From contig JACKFW010000001.1 of NCBI GenBank assembly GCA_020632265.1, positions 919,272 to 983,271 on the forward strand: a DNA stretch of 64,000 nucleotides, in the 5' to 3' direction. A model generated the notes under the pieces. That model made no database searches, was not told the DNA's origin, and was given only the letters and a program-made list of their open reading frames with translations. Positions 41,302-51,265 of this stretch are shown piece after piece. The position numbers and the translations under genes are program-made. Position 1 is the first letter of the stretch, and every line of letters starts with the position of its first letter. The stretch is from Pseudomonadales bacterium (GTDB lineage Bacteria; Patescibacteriota; Microgenomatia; UBA1400; PJMF01).

Positions 41302-42093
41302 ATGCAAACAACTAAAAAACCATTAAACATCAAAATGTTTTTTGTAAATAGAAAACACATGCTCATAGCACTGATTTTAGGCATTGTTGCCTTTGGTTTA
41401 GTTGTTTTTGCAATAATTCCACAATTTAGAGAATTTTTATCTCTAAGCACTGAGCTTAAAAAAGAAATTCCTCAGCTAGATAAGCTTAAAAAAAAGTTAG
41501 TTGAACTTGAGAATATTCAATTTACACCTGAATTTGCTCAGGCTTCGATAGTAGAGAGTGCTTTACCTTCAAAAAAACCATTACTTGAATTACTCACAAG
41601 TTTAAATTCCATAGCAGTTTCTAATTCTATTCAAATTGATGACTTTGATCTTAATCCTGGTATTATTGCTTCAAACACTGCTGAACTACAAGCAAATGCC
41701 AAAAATGCAACAAATAAAGATGGAGTTGATACCCTAAAAGTGTCTATGAATGCCATTGGAACATTCAATAATATACAACAATTTCTAATTGATTTGGAAA
41801 AAATCTCACCATTTACTACTATTAAAACTTTATCTCTAAATTCTAGAAAAAGAGGCGATGATTTTAATGAGCAAGAACAAGATATGCAAGCTAAATTGAC
41901 AACTGAATCACATTTTTTTACACAGACTGTTTCGGCTGCTATTGAAGCTCCTTTACCAATAATATCAACGAAAGAGCAGGTAGTTTTAAAAGAATTAACA
42001 AATTTTTCTGTGTCTGATTTGCCAGAACAGTTAGATATTAAGGGTGGTGGTTTAGAAGATTTTTTTGGAGTTGATCCAATTAATTTTGATTGA
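41302..42093 (+). CDS. pilO: PilO-like pilus alignment protein (start re-called at ATG 41302)
   Basis: Single TM (LIALILGIVAFGLVVFAII), then a coiled-coil and periplasmic domain. The first ATG after the pilN stop is used instead of the overlapping track start. Confidence 0.45.
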   Translation: MQTTKKPLNIKMFFVNRKHMLIALILGIVAFGLVVFAIIPQFREFLSLSTELKKEIPQLDKLKKKLVELENIQFTPEFAQASIVESALPSKKPLLELLTSLNSIAVSNSIQIDDFDLNPGIIASNTAELQANAKNATNKDGVDTLKVSMNAIGTFNNIQQFLIDLEKISPFTTIKTLSLNSRKRGDDFNEQEQDMQAKLTTESHFFTQTVSAAIEAPLPIISTKEQVVLKELTNFSVSDLPEQLDIKGGGLEDFFGVDPINFD

Positions 42094-42141
42094 TATAGAT
42101 TTCATCAAAGATTTAAGTGATTTATCTATAAAGATTGGGTA

Positions 42142-42387
42142 TTAATTTTCTTCTTTTCCGTCTGCAATGGTAATTCTAGCTTTTATACCTTCTTTTATTG
42201 CACGTATTCTGCCAATGTTTCTAATTGAGTGAATGATTGCTCCGCCTTTGCCAATAACTCTTCCAATGTCTTCAGGATTAACATGTATGGTAAAAAGCGA
42301 GCCTTTGTCGTCAGTTGTTTCCTCAATTTTTACATCTTCTGGAAATTGTACAAGGTGAATAAGGATGTATTCTAATAAATTTTTCAT
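42142..42387 (-). CDS. KH-domain RNA-binding protein (YlqC-like)
   Basis: VIGKGGAIIHSIRNI GxxG KH motif. 81 aa, downstream of rpsP as in the conserved rpsP-KH operon. Confidence 0.7.
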   Translation of the reverse strand: MKNLLEYILIHLVQFPEDVKIEETTDDKGSLFTIHVNPEDIGRVIGKGGAIIHSIRNIGRIRAIKEGIKARITIADGKEEN

Positions 42388-42408
42388 TGTTCCTTTACAA
42401 GAATATTT

Positions 42409-42969
42409 TTACTTAGCTTCTTCTTTTTCAGTTTCAACAACTTTAGTTTTTTTTATTGCTGGACTTGTTGAAACTGCTACTGCTTCAGCTATTTCTACTG
42501 CGGGTTCAACAACTTCTGCTACTGCTTCAGCTATTTCTACTGCGGGTTCAACAACTTCTGCTACTGCTTCAGCTATTTCTACTGCGGGTTCAACAACTTC
42601 TGTAGAAGGCTCTGCAACTTCTGTTGGAGTTTTTACAGTTTTCTCCACAGGTTTATTAGCAGCTTCTTTTTCTGCAATTAGTTTTGCTTTAGCTTTTTTT
42701 GATAAAGTATTAGTCTTTTTTGGAAAAGGATTTCCAGATTTAAAGCGTTTAAATAATGAAGCTACGGTGTCTGTTGGTTGAGCACCTTTTGCCAACCATT
42801 CTTCGAATGCTTTTACATCGATTTCTAATATTTTTGGAGTTTGTGCTGGAGAATAATGACCAATTAGAGCCATATATTCACCATCACGTTTTGTTCGTGC
42901 TTCGTTAACAATGATACGAAAGTGTGGTTGGTTCTTTTTACCAAAACGTGCTAATTTGATTTTCAACAT
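42409..42969 (-). CDS. rpsP: 30S ribosomal protein S16 with ~100-aa C-terminal repeat extension
   Basis: MLKIKLARFGKKNQPHFRIIVNEARTKRDGEYMALIGHYSP is the canonical S16 N-terminus. The tail has three VEPAVEIAEAVAEV repeats. Confidence 0.85.
   Translation of the reverse strand: MLKIKLARFGKKNQPHFRIIVNEARTKRDGEYMALIGHYSPAQTPKILEIDVKAFEEWLAKGAQPTDTVASLFKRFKSGNPFPKKTNTLSKKAKAKLIAEKEAANKPVEKTVKTPTEVAEPSTEVVEPAVEIAEAVAEVVEPAVEIAEAVAEVVEPAVEIAEAVAVSTSPAIKKTKVVETEKEEAK
42476..42601. repeat. Perfect 42-bp x3 tandem repeat inside the rpsP 3' extension
   Basis: gctactgcttcagctatttctactgcgggttcaacaacttct repeated at 42476, 42518 and 42560. Confidence 0.85.
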
Positions 42970-43064
42970 AAGATGTATTCTTTATAATTTACTTCTAGAC
43001 TTTGGGTCTTTTTAATGGGTTTTCTGCCCAAGAGTGAGAATTATACTTTATAAGCTATTTTTTC

Positions 43065-43727
43065 TCAAGTGGCATCGAACTTCTTTAGTGCTTCCCTTGC
43101 AGCTGCTTGTTGAGCTTGTTGTTTGCTCTTACCAATACCCCTACCCACAATTTTATCTCCCACTGAAGCAGTAACTGTAAATTCTTTGTTGTGATCTGGG
43201 CCAACTTCAGAAATTACTTGATATGTAGGTGTATCTATATTTTTTGATTGGACCACTTCTTGTAAATAACTCTTTGAATCTTTGTAAAGTTTTTTTTGAA
43301 TTATTTCATTAATTTCGGGGAAAAGAATCTCGTTTAAGAGTTTATCAACTACTTCTACTCCTTGATCTAAGTATATTGCGCCTAAAACTGCTTCAGTAAC
43401 GTCTGCAAGAATACCAATGTTCGTTCTTCCGCCAGTTGACTCTTCACCTTTACTCATGAAAAGCATTTTATCTAATCCAAGTTTAACAGCTATCTTAGCA
43501 AGAGTTGTGGTTTTAACGAGAGAACTTCTGTAAGCTGTTAAAACACCTTCTGGTTCTTCTGGGAATTTTGTATATAAATATTTTGTAGTTGAAAGTTCGA
43601 GAACAGCATCGCCTAAAAACTCAAGCCTTTCGTTAGAAATTGACGCGCTGGAACTTTTTTCATTTAGAGCACTTCTATGCGTGAGAGCGGTATTTAGTAG
43701 TTCTTTATCTTTAAATTCTGGAAGCAT
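43065..43727 (-). CDS. rnc: Ribonuclease III
   Basis: ERLEFLGDAVLEL signature and a C-terminal dsRBD (GPDHNKEF...GKSKQQAQQAAAREAL). Confidence 0.85.
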   Translation of the reverse strand: MLPEFKDKELLNTALTHRSALNEKSSSASISNERLEFLGDAVLELSTTKYLYTKFPEEPEGVLTAYRSSLVKTTTLAKIAVKLGLDKMLFMSKGEESTGGRTNIGILADVTEAVLGAIYLDQGVEVVDKLLNEILFPEINEIIQKKLYKDSKSYLQEVVQSKNIDTPTYQVISEVGPDHNKEFTVTASVGDKIVGRGIGKSKQQAQQAAAREALKKFDAT

Positions 43728-43738
43728 AATAATTATTT

Positions 43739-44002
43739 TTATCCAAGCTCTGATTCTTCTTGAACTAACACCGAGAGTTCTTTGACTGATTCTACCTCTT
43801 GAGATACTTCATCTACATCTAGATCAATGCCAAAATATAAGTTAATTGATTTAATAATTCTTTTAAAATCAATCTCAGTTATTCCCAGATCATCCTCTAG
43901 ATCTGAAAAAAGATCAACATCTTCAATTTCATTGCCAGTTTGATCGGCAATAATATTTTGAATGATAGTAAGAATTTCTTCAAATCGAGCAGCTTTAGAC
44001 AT
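43739..44002 (-). CDS. Acyl-carrier-protein-like small acidic protein
   Basis: 87 aa, a four-helix acidic pattern with a DLFSDLEDDLG segment resembling the ACP DSL region. Context (upstream of rnc) fits acpP-like genes. Assignment is weak. Confidence 0.3.
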   Translation of the reverse strand: MSKAARFEEILTIIQNIIADQTGNEIEDVDLFSDLEDDLGITEIDFKRIIKSINLYFGIDLDVDEVSQEVESVKELSVLVQEESELG

Positions 44003-44009
44003 AGTTGAT

Positions 44010-44375
44010 TTATTCAGTTAATAATATTTTTGCAAGAACTCCATTTACAAATCCTGGAGATTTTTCTCCGCTATAATTTTTTGCAAGTTCAATTGCTTCA
44101 TTAAGTAAAACCTTTTTTGGAGTTTTCTTATAATTTGATTCAAACACAATTAACCTCAATATTGCAAGGTCAACTTTATTGATTTCACTAAGTGGTCTTT
44201 CTGGAGCAGCAATTTGTATTTGCGCATCAATCGAACTTAGATTATTAATAATTTGAATCACTAAAGAATCTTCTGGTTTTTCTTTAATACAAATTTCAGT
44301 ATTAGTTGAGCTGAAAGTGCAAGCAAACAGATCTTGCATTAATTTAACGCGACGATCATGTCTGTGATCTGACAT
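44010..44375 (-). CDS. nusB: Transcription antitermination factor NusB-like
   Basis: ...VDLAILRLIVFE...KKVLLNEAIELAKNYSGEKSPGFVNGVLAKIL matches the NusB C-terminal helices. Confidence 0.7.
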   Translation of the reverse strand: MSDHRHDRRVKLMQDLFACTFSSTNTEICIKEKPEDSLVIQIINNLSSIDAQIQIAAPERPLSEINKVDLAILRLIVFESNYKKTPKKVLLNEAIELAKNYSGEKSPGFVNGVLAKILLTE

Positions 44376-44405
44376 CTCAACCCTTCTATTTTGGATTTGT
44401 TATTG

Positions 44406-44573
44406 TTAATTTTTAGTATTTATACCAAGAGATTTAAAGAATTCTGCAACAAAACCTTGTTTGTGCATAGGAATCGAAGTAGTGTTAACGTCCTTATTTA
44501 ATTTAGGAGTGTTTCCTCTACGTCTTTTACCTCGTTCTACTCTTGTTATTTTATTCTTTGGTAAAGCACCCAT
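44406..44573 (-). CDS. rpmF: 50S ribosomal protein L32 (55 aa; absent from the ORF track)
   Basis: My reverse-strand translation: MGALPKNKITRVERGKRRRGNTPKLNKDVNTTSIPMHKQGFVAEFFKSLGINTKN. It fits the L32 N-terminal pattern M-A-(V/L)-P-K-x-K-x-(S/T)-R-x-x-R-G-x-R-R. The plus-strand track ORF 44461-44670 is antisense to it and probably spurious. Confidence 0.55.
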   Translation of the reverse strand: MGALPKNKITRVERGKRRRGNTPKLNKDVNTTSIPMHKQGFVAEFFKSLGINTKN

Positions 44574-44672
44574 GGCTTCCTTTCAAACTTCATTACATGA
44601 AAGTATATCACTTTCTAGAATATGGTCAGAAGGGAATTTTAACTCTACTTCGGGCAAATGGCAACAGTAACT

Positions 44673-46694
44673 TTAATTTGCGAGTGGTTTAGGGTCTTTT
44701 GTATCGCTCTTAATGTCAAAAAACGATTGCCAATCTTTGGGTAGTTCTTGATACTTTTTTTGGGCTTTGGCAATTAGATCTAAATTGGTCCACGTTGCAA
44801 ACTTTAACTGAGAAAATCCACTTTGAGTTGTCCCAAAAATATCTCCTGAACCCCTATTTTTTAGGTCTAGTTCTGCTAATTTGAGGCCATTATTTTCTTT
44901 GGAAAATTCTTGCAAACGTTTTTTTGTTGTAGCAGACTTAGATTCTGAAAATAAAAGACAGTAGCCCTGCTGTCCTGATCTACCCACACGGCCTCTTAAT
45001 TGGTGTAAACTCGCCATTCCGAAGCGATCTGCTGACTCTATTAATATTATTGAAGCAGTGGGCAAATCAACTCCTACTTCTATAATTGGCGTTGTTACTA
45101 GGATGTCAATTTTATTTTGATAAATTTCATTAATGATTTTTGCTTGTTCATCGTTTTTGATTCTGCCATGTAACAAACCAATACTTAGTTTTTTATTAGT
45201 TTGTTTTGAAGTAAAATATTCATTAATTTTTTCATAGACTTCTTTGGTTGAAGCAACGTTTTCAAAGGCGAGATGATTGGAAGGATCTATAAAAGGACAT
45301 ACAATTAAGCACATTTTTTTTTGAATAGATTGATCTGTTTTGCTAAGTTCTTGGGCAATCCATTCATAACCTGCTTCACGCTTATTTTCAGGTATAACCC
45401 AGGTTTTTGTTTGTTTTCTACCTTGAGGTAATTCGTCAATATAACTTACTTTTAGGTGAGAAAAAATTGTTAGCATCAGACTTCTTGGAATTGGGGTGGC
45501 TGACATTGTTAAAATATGAGCAGATTTGATTTTACCCTTATTTAATTTTTGGTTAGTCGATTTTTTATTTTTTGATTGTTGGTTGGTTGATCTTTGGCTG
45601 ACTCCAAATCTATGTTGCTCGTCATAGATGATTAAGCCTGGTTTAATTTCATCAATTTTGTTGATAACAGCATGGGTGCCAATATATAGTTTTGGCTTGG
45701 CACTTTTTACTTTTGGAAGTTTTGATTTTCCAGTCAACAAAACTAGATCTAGTTCCGGAAAAAGTTTGGTCAGAGTTTCAAGATGTTGCTCAGCCAGGAT
45801 TTTAGTAGGAGCAATAAATGCTACGGAGTGGCCGGCGTTGATAATTTGCCTCGCAGCTATGCCCGCTACCACTGTTTTTCCAGAACCCACATCTCCTATT
45901 AGCACGCGATTCATTGGAGAAGAAGATTGTAAATCCTCGATTATTTCTTTGACTGATCGTTTTTGCGCATTAGTGAGTTCAAAAGGAATGGTCTTTGGTA
46001 TTAATGGTTTTGAGAGTGAAATCGCCGAGGCAGATTTGAGGTTTTTCCAATGAAGCTTGATTTTTTCTGAAGTTTTAATGAGGGCAAGTAATTCTTCGAG
46101 TGCAAGTTGTTCTCGTGCTTTTATAATTGAGTCTTCGTCGTCAGGAAAATGAAGTTGAATTATGGCATCAACAATATTGTTTTTTGCCTTGTTGTTTAGT
46201 TGGAGAGTGGTATTGCGTAAAATTCTTCTAAGTTTTCCTTGCTGAATATCAATTGTACTGGAGTAAATTGGGACAAGTCTGCCGGTGTGAATGGTGTCGG
46301 TACTGGCCATTTCGACAGTAGGTTGAGTAATCGTTCCTCTGTCATTTAATTTGCCACTAATCATATAATTCTCCCCTACCTTGAGAGATTTACTGATAAA
46401 TTTGTTGTTAAACCACATTAATTTGATTTTTCCAGTGCTATCTTCAACAACGGCAGTGTCCATACGACGACGATTTTTGTAAAAACCACTAATACTTTTG
46501 AGTTTTGCTTCAAATGAAACCAATTTATTGACTTCCAAACTTGAAATTGTAACGATTTCGGAGCGGTCGGAGTACCGAAGCGGTAAATATAATAAGAGGT
46601 CTTTGAGTTTTATAAAACCTTGAGCTGATAAGACTTCAAAAAGTTTTGGCCCAATTCCCTTAATTGTTTCGAGTGGAGTTTCTAAGGTGTACAT
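44673..46694 (-). CDS. recG: ATP-dependent DNA helicase RecG
   Basis: N-terminal wedge domain; helicase motifs I (GDVGSGKT), II (DEQHRFG) and VI (QLRGRVGR). 673 aa. Confidence 0.85.
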   Translation of the reverse strand: MYTLETPLETIKGIGPKLFEVLSAQGFIKLKDLLLYLPLRYSDRSEIVTISSLEVNKLVSFEAKLKSISGFYKNRRRMDTAVVEDSTGKIKLMWFNNKFISKSLKVGENYMISGKLNDRGTITQPTVEMASTDTIHTGRLVPIYSSTIDIQQGKLRRILRNTTLQLNNKAKNNIVDAIIQLHFPDDEDSIIKAREQLALEELLALIKTSEKIKLHWKNLKSASAISLSKPLIPKTIPFELTNAQKRSVKEIIEDLQSSSPMNRVLIGDVGSGKTVVAGIAARQIINAGHSVAFIAPTKILAEQHLETLTKLFPELDLVLLTGKSKLPKVKSAKPKLYIGTHAVINKIDEIKPGLIIYDEQHRFGVSQRSTNQQSKNKKSTNQKLNKGKIKSAHILTMSATPIPRSLMLTIFSHLKVSYIDELPQGRKQTKTWVIPENKREAGYEWIAQELSKTDQSIQKKMCLIVCPFIDPSNHLAFENVASTKEVYEKINEYFTSKQTNKKLSIGLLHGRIKNDEQAKIINEIYQNKIDILVTTPIIEVGVDLPTASIILIESADRFGMASLHQLRGRVGRSGQQGYCLLFSESKSATTKKRLQEFSKENNGLKLAELDLKNRGSGDIFGTTQSGFSQLKFATWTNLDLIAKAQKKYQELPKDWQSFFDIKSDTKDPKPLAN

Positions 46695-46819
46695 CGATTT
46701 CTTTATTATATTTTGTGGATTGGCTAATTTATTTAATATTTAAAAAAGCGAACATTCAGGACTTGTTCCTGCGAGAGCGTTTGAAATATTAAATAAATTA
46801 ATTTTAATACAGTTGGTTT

Positions 46820-46921
46820 TTATATATAAAAAAGAGCGCTAGCGAAAGTGCCGACAATCATTGCAATAATAAAAATAATTACAAAAATTTTTATAATGTT
46901 ATCTTTAGTTTTTCTTTTCAT
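46820..46921 (-). CDS. Possible small hydrophobic peptide (33 aa)
   Basis: My translation: MKRKTKDNIIKIFVIIFIIAMIVGTFASALFYI. A single TM segment with no homology evidence. Confidence 0.15.
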   Translation of the reverse strand: MKRKTKDNIIKIFVIIFIIAMIVGTFASALFYI

Positions 46922-46958
46922 ACATCTCCCCAATTATTTTTATTTAAATTATAAAGAT

Positions 46959-48146
46959 TTAGCGTAAAATTTTAAAGTATTTACGTTTGCCTATTTTGAT
47001 TGTTTGTATTTCGTTGACTATAACTTCTTTGTAAGGATCAGTTGGTTTTTCTTCAGAGGGTAGTAACTCAACTGCACTTTGTTCTAGAAGTCGGCGGATA
47101 TTGGAGTTACTTTCTTCTGGAATACAGAGTTTTATTAAATCTAAAATTGCAATTGAATTCGTCTGAACATAAATTTCTGGAAGGTTTTCTGGAATATTTT
47201 TATCTTGAACTGTATTTTGAAAATTTTCAGCTGCCAACTCTGCTTGGCTCGCATCATGATACATTTGAGTGATTGTGAAGGCCAACTGTTTTTTAAATTC
47301 CATAGGATTTTGGCCGTTTTTTATTTCTGCTTCAATCTTGGTGATTTCTTCTAGCGGAAGATCCGTGAGTAGAGTGAAATATTGAATGATAAGCTCGTCA
47401 GCAACAGACATGAGTTTGCCATACATATCATTAGGATTTTCGGTTAAAGCAATGAAATTATCATAAGATTTACTCATTTTTCTACCATCTGTGCCATTAA
47501 TGATTGGAGTTGTTAAGACCCATTTTTCTCGATTATTGTAGGCTTTTTGAAGAGTTCGCCCCATCATCATATTAAAAGTTTGATCGGTGCCACCAATTTC
47601 TAAATCAACGTCCATCACAACAGAATCATAACCTTGAAGTAGTGGATAAATAATTTCATGTCCATGAATTGGTTTACCTTCTTGAAGGCGCTTTTGGAAC
47701 ATATCTCGTTCCATTAGTTGTTGAACTGTGGTTTTTGCCATCAATTTAACGATATCTGAGAAGCTCAGTTTATCGAGCCAGTCACCATTGTATTTTATTT
47801 CAATTTTTTCAAAATCGAGGATTTTGGATGCCTGTTCCTTCCAGCTTTTGAAGTTTTTGATAATTTGCTCGTCGGTTAATTCTGGTCTAGTAGTATCTTT
47901 GCCAGTGGGATCTCCAATTCTAACGGTACCATTGCCGATAAGTAAAATTACTTCATGACCAAGCTCAGCAAATTGTTGAAGTTTTCTGAGTACTACAGAA
48001 TGACCAAGGGTAAGTAGAGATCCAGTTGGATCAATACCAAGATAGACACGAATCTTTTTGGATTCCATTAATGCGCTTAATGTTTCTAGGTTTGGGAGGA
48101 TTTCTTCTACTCCTCTTGTTAAAATTTCGTCTGTGTTAATTTTCAT
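46959..48146 (-). CDS. tyrS: Tyrosyl-tRNA synthetase
   Basis: Class I 'HIGH'-region LGIDPTGSLLTLGHSVVL and KMSKS. The overall TyrRS pattern is GFDPT-like. Confidence 0.75.
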   Translation of the reverse strand: MKINTDEILTRGVEEILPNLETLSALMESKKIRVYLGIDPTGSLLTLGHSVVLRKLQQFAELGHEVILLIGNGTVRIGDPTGKDTTRPELTDEQIIKNFKSWKEQASKILDFEKIEIKYNGDWLDKLSFSDIVKLMAKTTVQQLMERDMFQKRLQEGKPIHGHEIIYPLLQGYDSVVMDVDLEIGGTDQTFNMMMGRTLQKAYNNREKWVLTTPIINGTDGRKMSKSYDNFIALTENPNDMYGKLMSVADELIIQYFTLLTDLPLEEITKIEAEIKNGQNPMEFKKQLAFTITQMYHDASQAELAAENFQNTVQDKNIPENLPEIYVQTNSIAILDLIKLCIPEESNSNIRRLLEQSAVELLPSEEKPTDPYKEVIVNEIQTIKIGKRKYFKILR

Positions 48147-48189
48147 ATTTATCCTTACTTTTAGTCTATATCAAGTTATTTTTGTAGTG

Positions 48190-50184
48190 CTAAACTGTGC
48201 CCACCAATTTTGCTTTGTAAATTGAGTCTAATACTTTTGGAATTTTTTTCCTCAGCGGTTCTACATCAACCGATGAAACATTTTTGTCATCATCATGATA
48301 AGTGATGACAAACGAATAATTTTGTTTATATTTTGTTTTTAATTCCACTTTAGTAATGATTTTGGAAAGTTGAAGAATTGAATTTATGACATCTCCCACC
48401 AATGTTTTTGGAGGCAAAGTAAAAGTCATGTCCTCTACCATTACAGCGGTTTTTGGTGATGGTTGATAGTTGGGATGAGTACTGACAGCTTGTAAAAGTT
48501 TTGCAAAGTCTATTTCAACTGCAACTTTATTACTTTGCAAAAGTTTAATTCCACCCAATTCCACTTTTTTGCCTTGATGAATCACGGTGATAATGCCAAC
48601 ATTACTCACCATAGGGCTGGAAACTATCTCAATTGTTATTTTTTCTATAAAAAGATTTTCAAATAATGATTCAACAATGCCTCTTACTTTTGGATAACTT
48701 TCAGTAGAAACAATTCCAAGGTGAAGATTTTCGTTTGGCAAGTTTCCTTCTATTGGTGGATACACATTTGCAATTTCAAAAACTGATAGATTTGGAGTTT
48801 GCGGATTTTGATCGATAATTTCTTCTAGAGATGGTATTAATGAGAGCCTCATATAGATTCTGTCGTCTGTGAGAGGATTGCTGATTTTCAAATGATTTTC
48901 GAGCGTATCAGTTTTGAGAGCTATTTCTTCACTGACCATAGAATATGAATAGATTTCTTGCAGACCAATACTGGATAAGAATCTTTTTATTCTGTCTTCG
49001 ATGATAAAATTTACACCTTTTTGCCTATTAGTTGGGATTGGGGTGTCCATGAGAATGCTTGGAAAATTATGATATCCATAAATTCTAGCTATTTCTTCGA
49101 CTATATCTGCAGGTATTGAAAGGTCGGGTCTGAAAGTTGGCGGATAAACTGTAATTAGGTCATCGCTAGCTTTAACTTTGCATTCAAGTTGTTCTAAAAT
49201 TGATTGAACTTTATCCAATTTAATATCAATGCCCAGGTATTCATTGATTCTTTTCAGAGTTATTTTAACTGGATCTAGAGATTTTTTTCCTGGATATTCA
49301 TCAAAAATTTTACTAGCTACTTTTGCATCGGTTAATGATTTATATAATTCAATTCCTTTTAGTAAGACATCTTCAGCTAGATTTGGATCGACATTTTTTT
49401 CCATTAGTTGGGCTGCAGTGGTTCTAATCGCATGGGTCATGCTCGCAAACCTAACTTTTTCCGCCATGATAGATTCAAGTAAAAGTAGAACATTTTTAGT
49501 TGAGTCGTCTATTGAAGTATTTGCGGTCCCTTTAATAGAAGGTAAATCAATTATTTCATTTTGACCATTTTTAAAAACTACTTCTCCACCTACGGTAGTA
49601 AATGTTTCACCATCCAGAGTCGAAAATGTTTCACCTTTTTTGGCCTCCTCAACATTAATTTCACCACCGGTTTGCATCAATTTATCATAGTCGAATGCAT
49701 GGCAAGGATGACCGAGTTCGTGCGTCACGTAGTTGGTAATATCAATCACTGCATCGTGAACATTTTGTCCTGTTTGGATTAATCTTTTTGCCATCCAGTC
49801 TGGGGTTTGGTTGCGGTTTACTCCACTTAAAACTACACAAGTAAGTCTTTTTGATAGTTTTGGGTCATTTTTTATTTTAGGAAGAGGGAGCATTTCTGTT
49901 GGAGACACATCGACATCAACATTTTTAATAATGTTGCTCGGTTTTAGAGATGCTTTAACATCAAATTGTTCAAGAATAACTGCAATTTCTCTAGCAATCC
50001 CTCTAACGGACATGCTATCGACTCTATTTGTAGTAATTTCGATATCATAGACGCTGTCACCTTCAGTTTGATAAATTCGTTCTATTGAAGGTCCGCACAA
50101 AGAGACATATTTTTGAATTTCAGCATCTGTTGCTTTTGTGTCCAAGTGTTCTAGCAGCCATTTGTGTGGTATTAATATGTTCAT
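48190..50184 (-). CDS. pheT: Phenylalanyl-tRNA synthetase beta subunit (short form lacking the N-terminal tRNA-binding domain)
   Basis: B3/B4 and B5 domains followed by the class-II-like catalytic-like domain. Immediately downstream of pheS. Confidence 0.85.
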   Translation of the reverse strand: MNILIPHKWLLEHLDTKATDAEIQKYVSLCGPSIERIYQTEGDSVYDIEITTNRVDSMSVRGIAREIAVILEQFDVKASLKPSNIIKNVDVDVSPTEMLPLPKIKNDPKLSKRLTCVVLSGVNRNQTPDWMAKRLIQTGQNVHDAVIDITNYVTHELGHPCHAFDYDKLMQTGGEINVEEAKKGETFSTLDGETFTTVGGEVVFKNGQNEIIDLPSIKGTANTSIDDSTKNVLLLLESIMAEKVRFASMTHAIRTTAAQLMEKNVDPNLAEDVLLKGIELYKSLTDAKVASKIFDEYPGKKSLDPVKITLKRINEYLGIDIKLDKVQSILEQLECKVKASDDLITVYPPTFRPDLSIPADIVEEIARIYGYHNFPSILMDTPIPTNRQKGVNFIIEDRIKRFLSSIGLQEIYSYSMVSEEIALKTDTLENHLKISNPLTDDRIYMRLSLIPSLEEIIDQNPQTPNLSVFEIANVYPPIEGNLPNENLHLGIVSTESYPKVRGIVESLFENLFIEKITIEIVSSPMVSNVGIITVIHQGKKVELGGIKLLQSNKVAVEIDFAKLLQAVSTHPNYQPSPKTAVMVEDMTFTLPPKTLVGDVINSILQLSKIITKVELKTKYKQNYSFVITYHDDDKNVSSVDVEPLRKKIPKVLDSIYKAKLVGTV

Positions 50185-50185
50185 A

Positions 50186-51265
50186 TTAAAATTGCTCCAA
50201 AAATTTTAAATCTCCGCTATAAAGTAATCTAATATCGTCAATATTCAGACCTTCTTTTAATGTGTAAGTCCGCTCAACTCCCCAGCCAAAAGCAAAACCA
50301 GTATAAACTTCTGGATTAAAACCACCGGCTTTGAGAACATTGGGATGAACCATTCCAGCACCACCGACTTCGTGCCAGCCAGACTTGCAGAATTTACATT
50401 TATTTCTTTGGTCTTGGGACTTCTTAACTTCATTGTCCAAAAATCCTGTACCGTTGCAGATGTGACATGAAAAATCTACTTCCAAAGATGGTTCGGTAAA
50501 TTGAAAATGAAACGGTCTAATTCTGGATTTTGTGCCAGGACCATAAAACTCTTGAGCAAAATAATCTAAGGTTCCTTTTAGATGTTGGATATTTATGCCT
50601 TTATCAATGACTAAGCCTTCAAATTGGTGAAACATTTGAGTATGAGTTGTATCCTGTTGTCTTCGATAACATCTGCCAATATTTATCATTCTGATTGGAG
50701 CTTTGCTGTTCAGTCTTTCCATTTCGCGAACTTGACCATTTGATGTATGTGTTGTCAAAACTATTTTTCCAAGTTTTTTGTCAGTGGGCGCATCTATGAA
50801 AAATGTTTCCCATTCATCCCTGGCAGGATGACTTTTTGGCATATTTAAGCTTTCAAAAACGTACCAATCCCAATCTATTTCTTGGTATCTAGCTCTGGTA
50901 AAACCAATTCTTTCGAAAATTCTTGTGATTTCTTCCATAGCTTGAGAAACTGGGTGCATGTGCCCTACTTTTGGTTTGATTCCAGGTTGAGTTAAATCAA
51001 TCCACTTGACTTTGGTTTTTTGCAATTCCATTTTTTCTATTGTTTCATTGAGAAAATTTTTCAGCTCATTGAGCATTTGACCAGCAGATTTTTTGTCTTG
51101 ATAATTAACTTTTGCAATTATTTTTGCTAGTTCATTAAAAAGTCCTTTTTTTCCAAGGTATTTAATTTGCAAATCTGCTTTACTTAACCCCTCTTCTTTT
51201 TCAAGTTGAGACTTAATATCTGAGATTTTTAATTCTAGTTGTTCAATTGAGATCATTTCGGTCAT
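50186..51265 (-). CDS. pheS: Phenylalanyl-tRNA synthetase alpha subunit
   Basis: Class II motifs (FRPFHFQFTEPSLEVD, GFAFGWGVERT) and a zinc-ribbon insertion CHICNGTG...CKFCK. Confidence 0.9.
   Translation of the reverse strand: MTEMISIEQLELKISDIKSQLEKEEGLSKADLQIKYLGKKGLFNELAKIIAKVNYQDKKSAGQMLNELKNFLNETIEKMELQKTKVKWIDLTQPGIKPKVGHMHPVSQAMEEITRIFERIGFTRARYQEIDWDWYVFESLNMPKSHPARDEWETFFIDAPTDKKLGKIVLTTHTSNGQVREMERLNSKAPIRMINIGRCYRRQQDTTHTQMFHQFEGLVIDKGINIQHLKGTLDYFAQEFYGPGTKSRIRPFHFQFTEPSLEVDFSCHICNGTGFLDNEVKKSQDQRNKCKFCKSGWHEVGGAGMVHPNVLKAGGFNPEVYTGFAFGWGVERTYTLKEGLNIDDIRLLYSGDLKFLEQF

Noticed and set aside
42365-42781. 138-aa plus-strand ORF with ATASAISTAGSTTS repeats.
   Set aside because: It is antisense to rpsP, and its repeats mirror the rpsP 42-bp repeat. 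This is a spurious ORF.
44461-44670. 69-aa plus-strand ORF in the nusB-recG gap.
   Set aside because: Better explained by the minus-strand rpmF (L32) ORF at 44406-44573. The plus ORF has no recognisable features.
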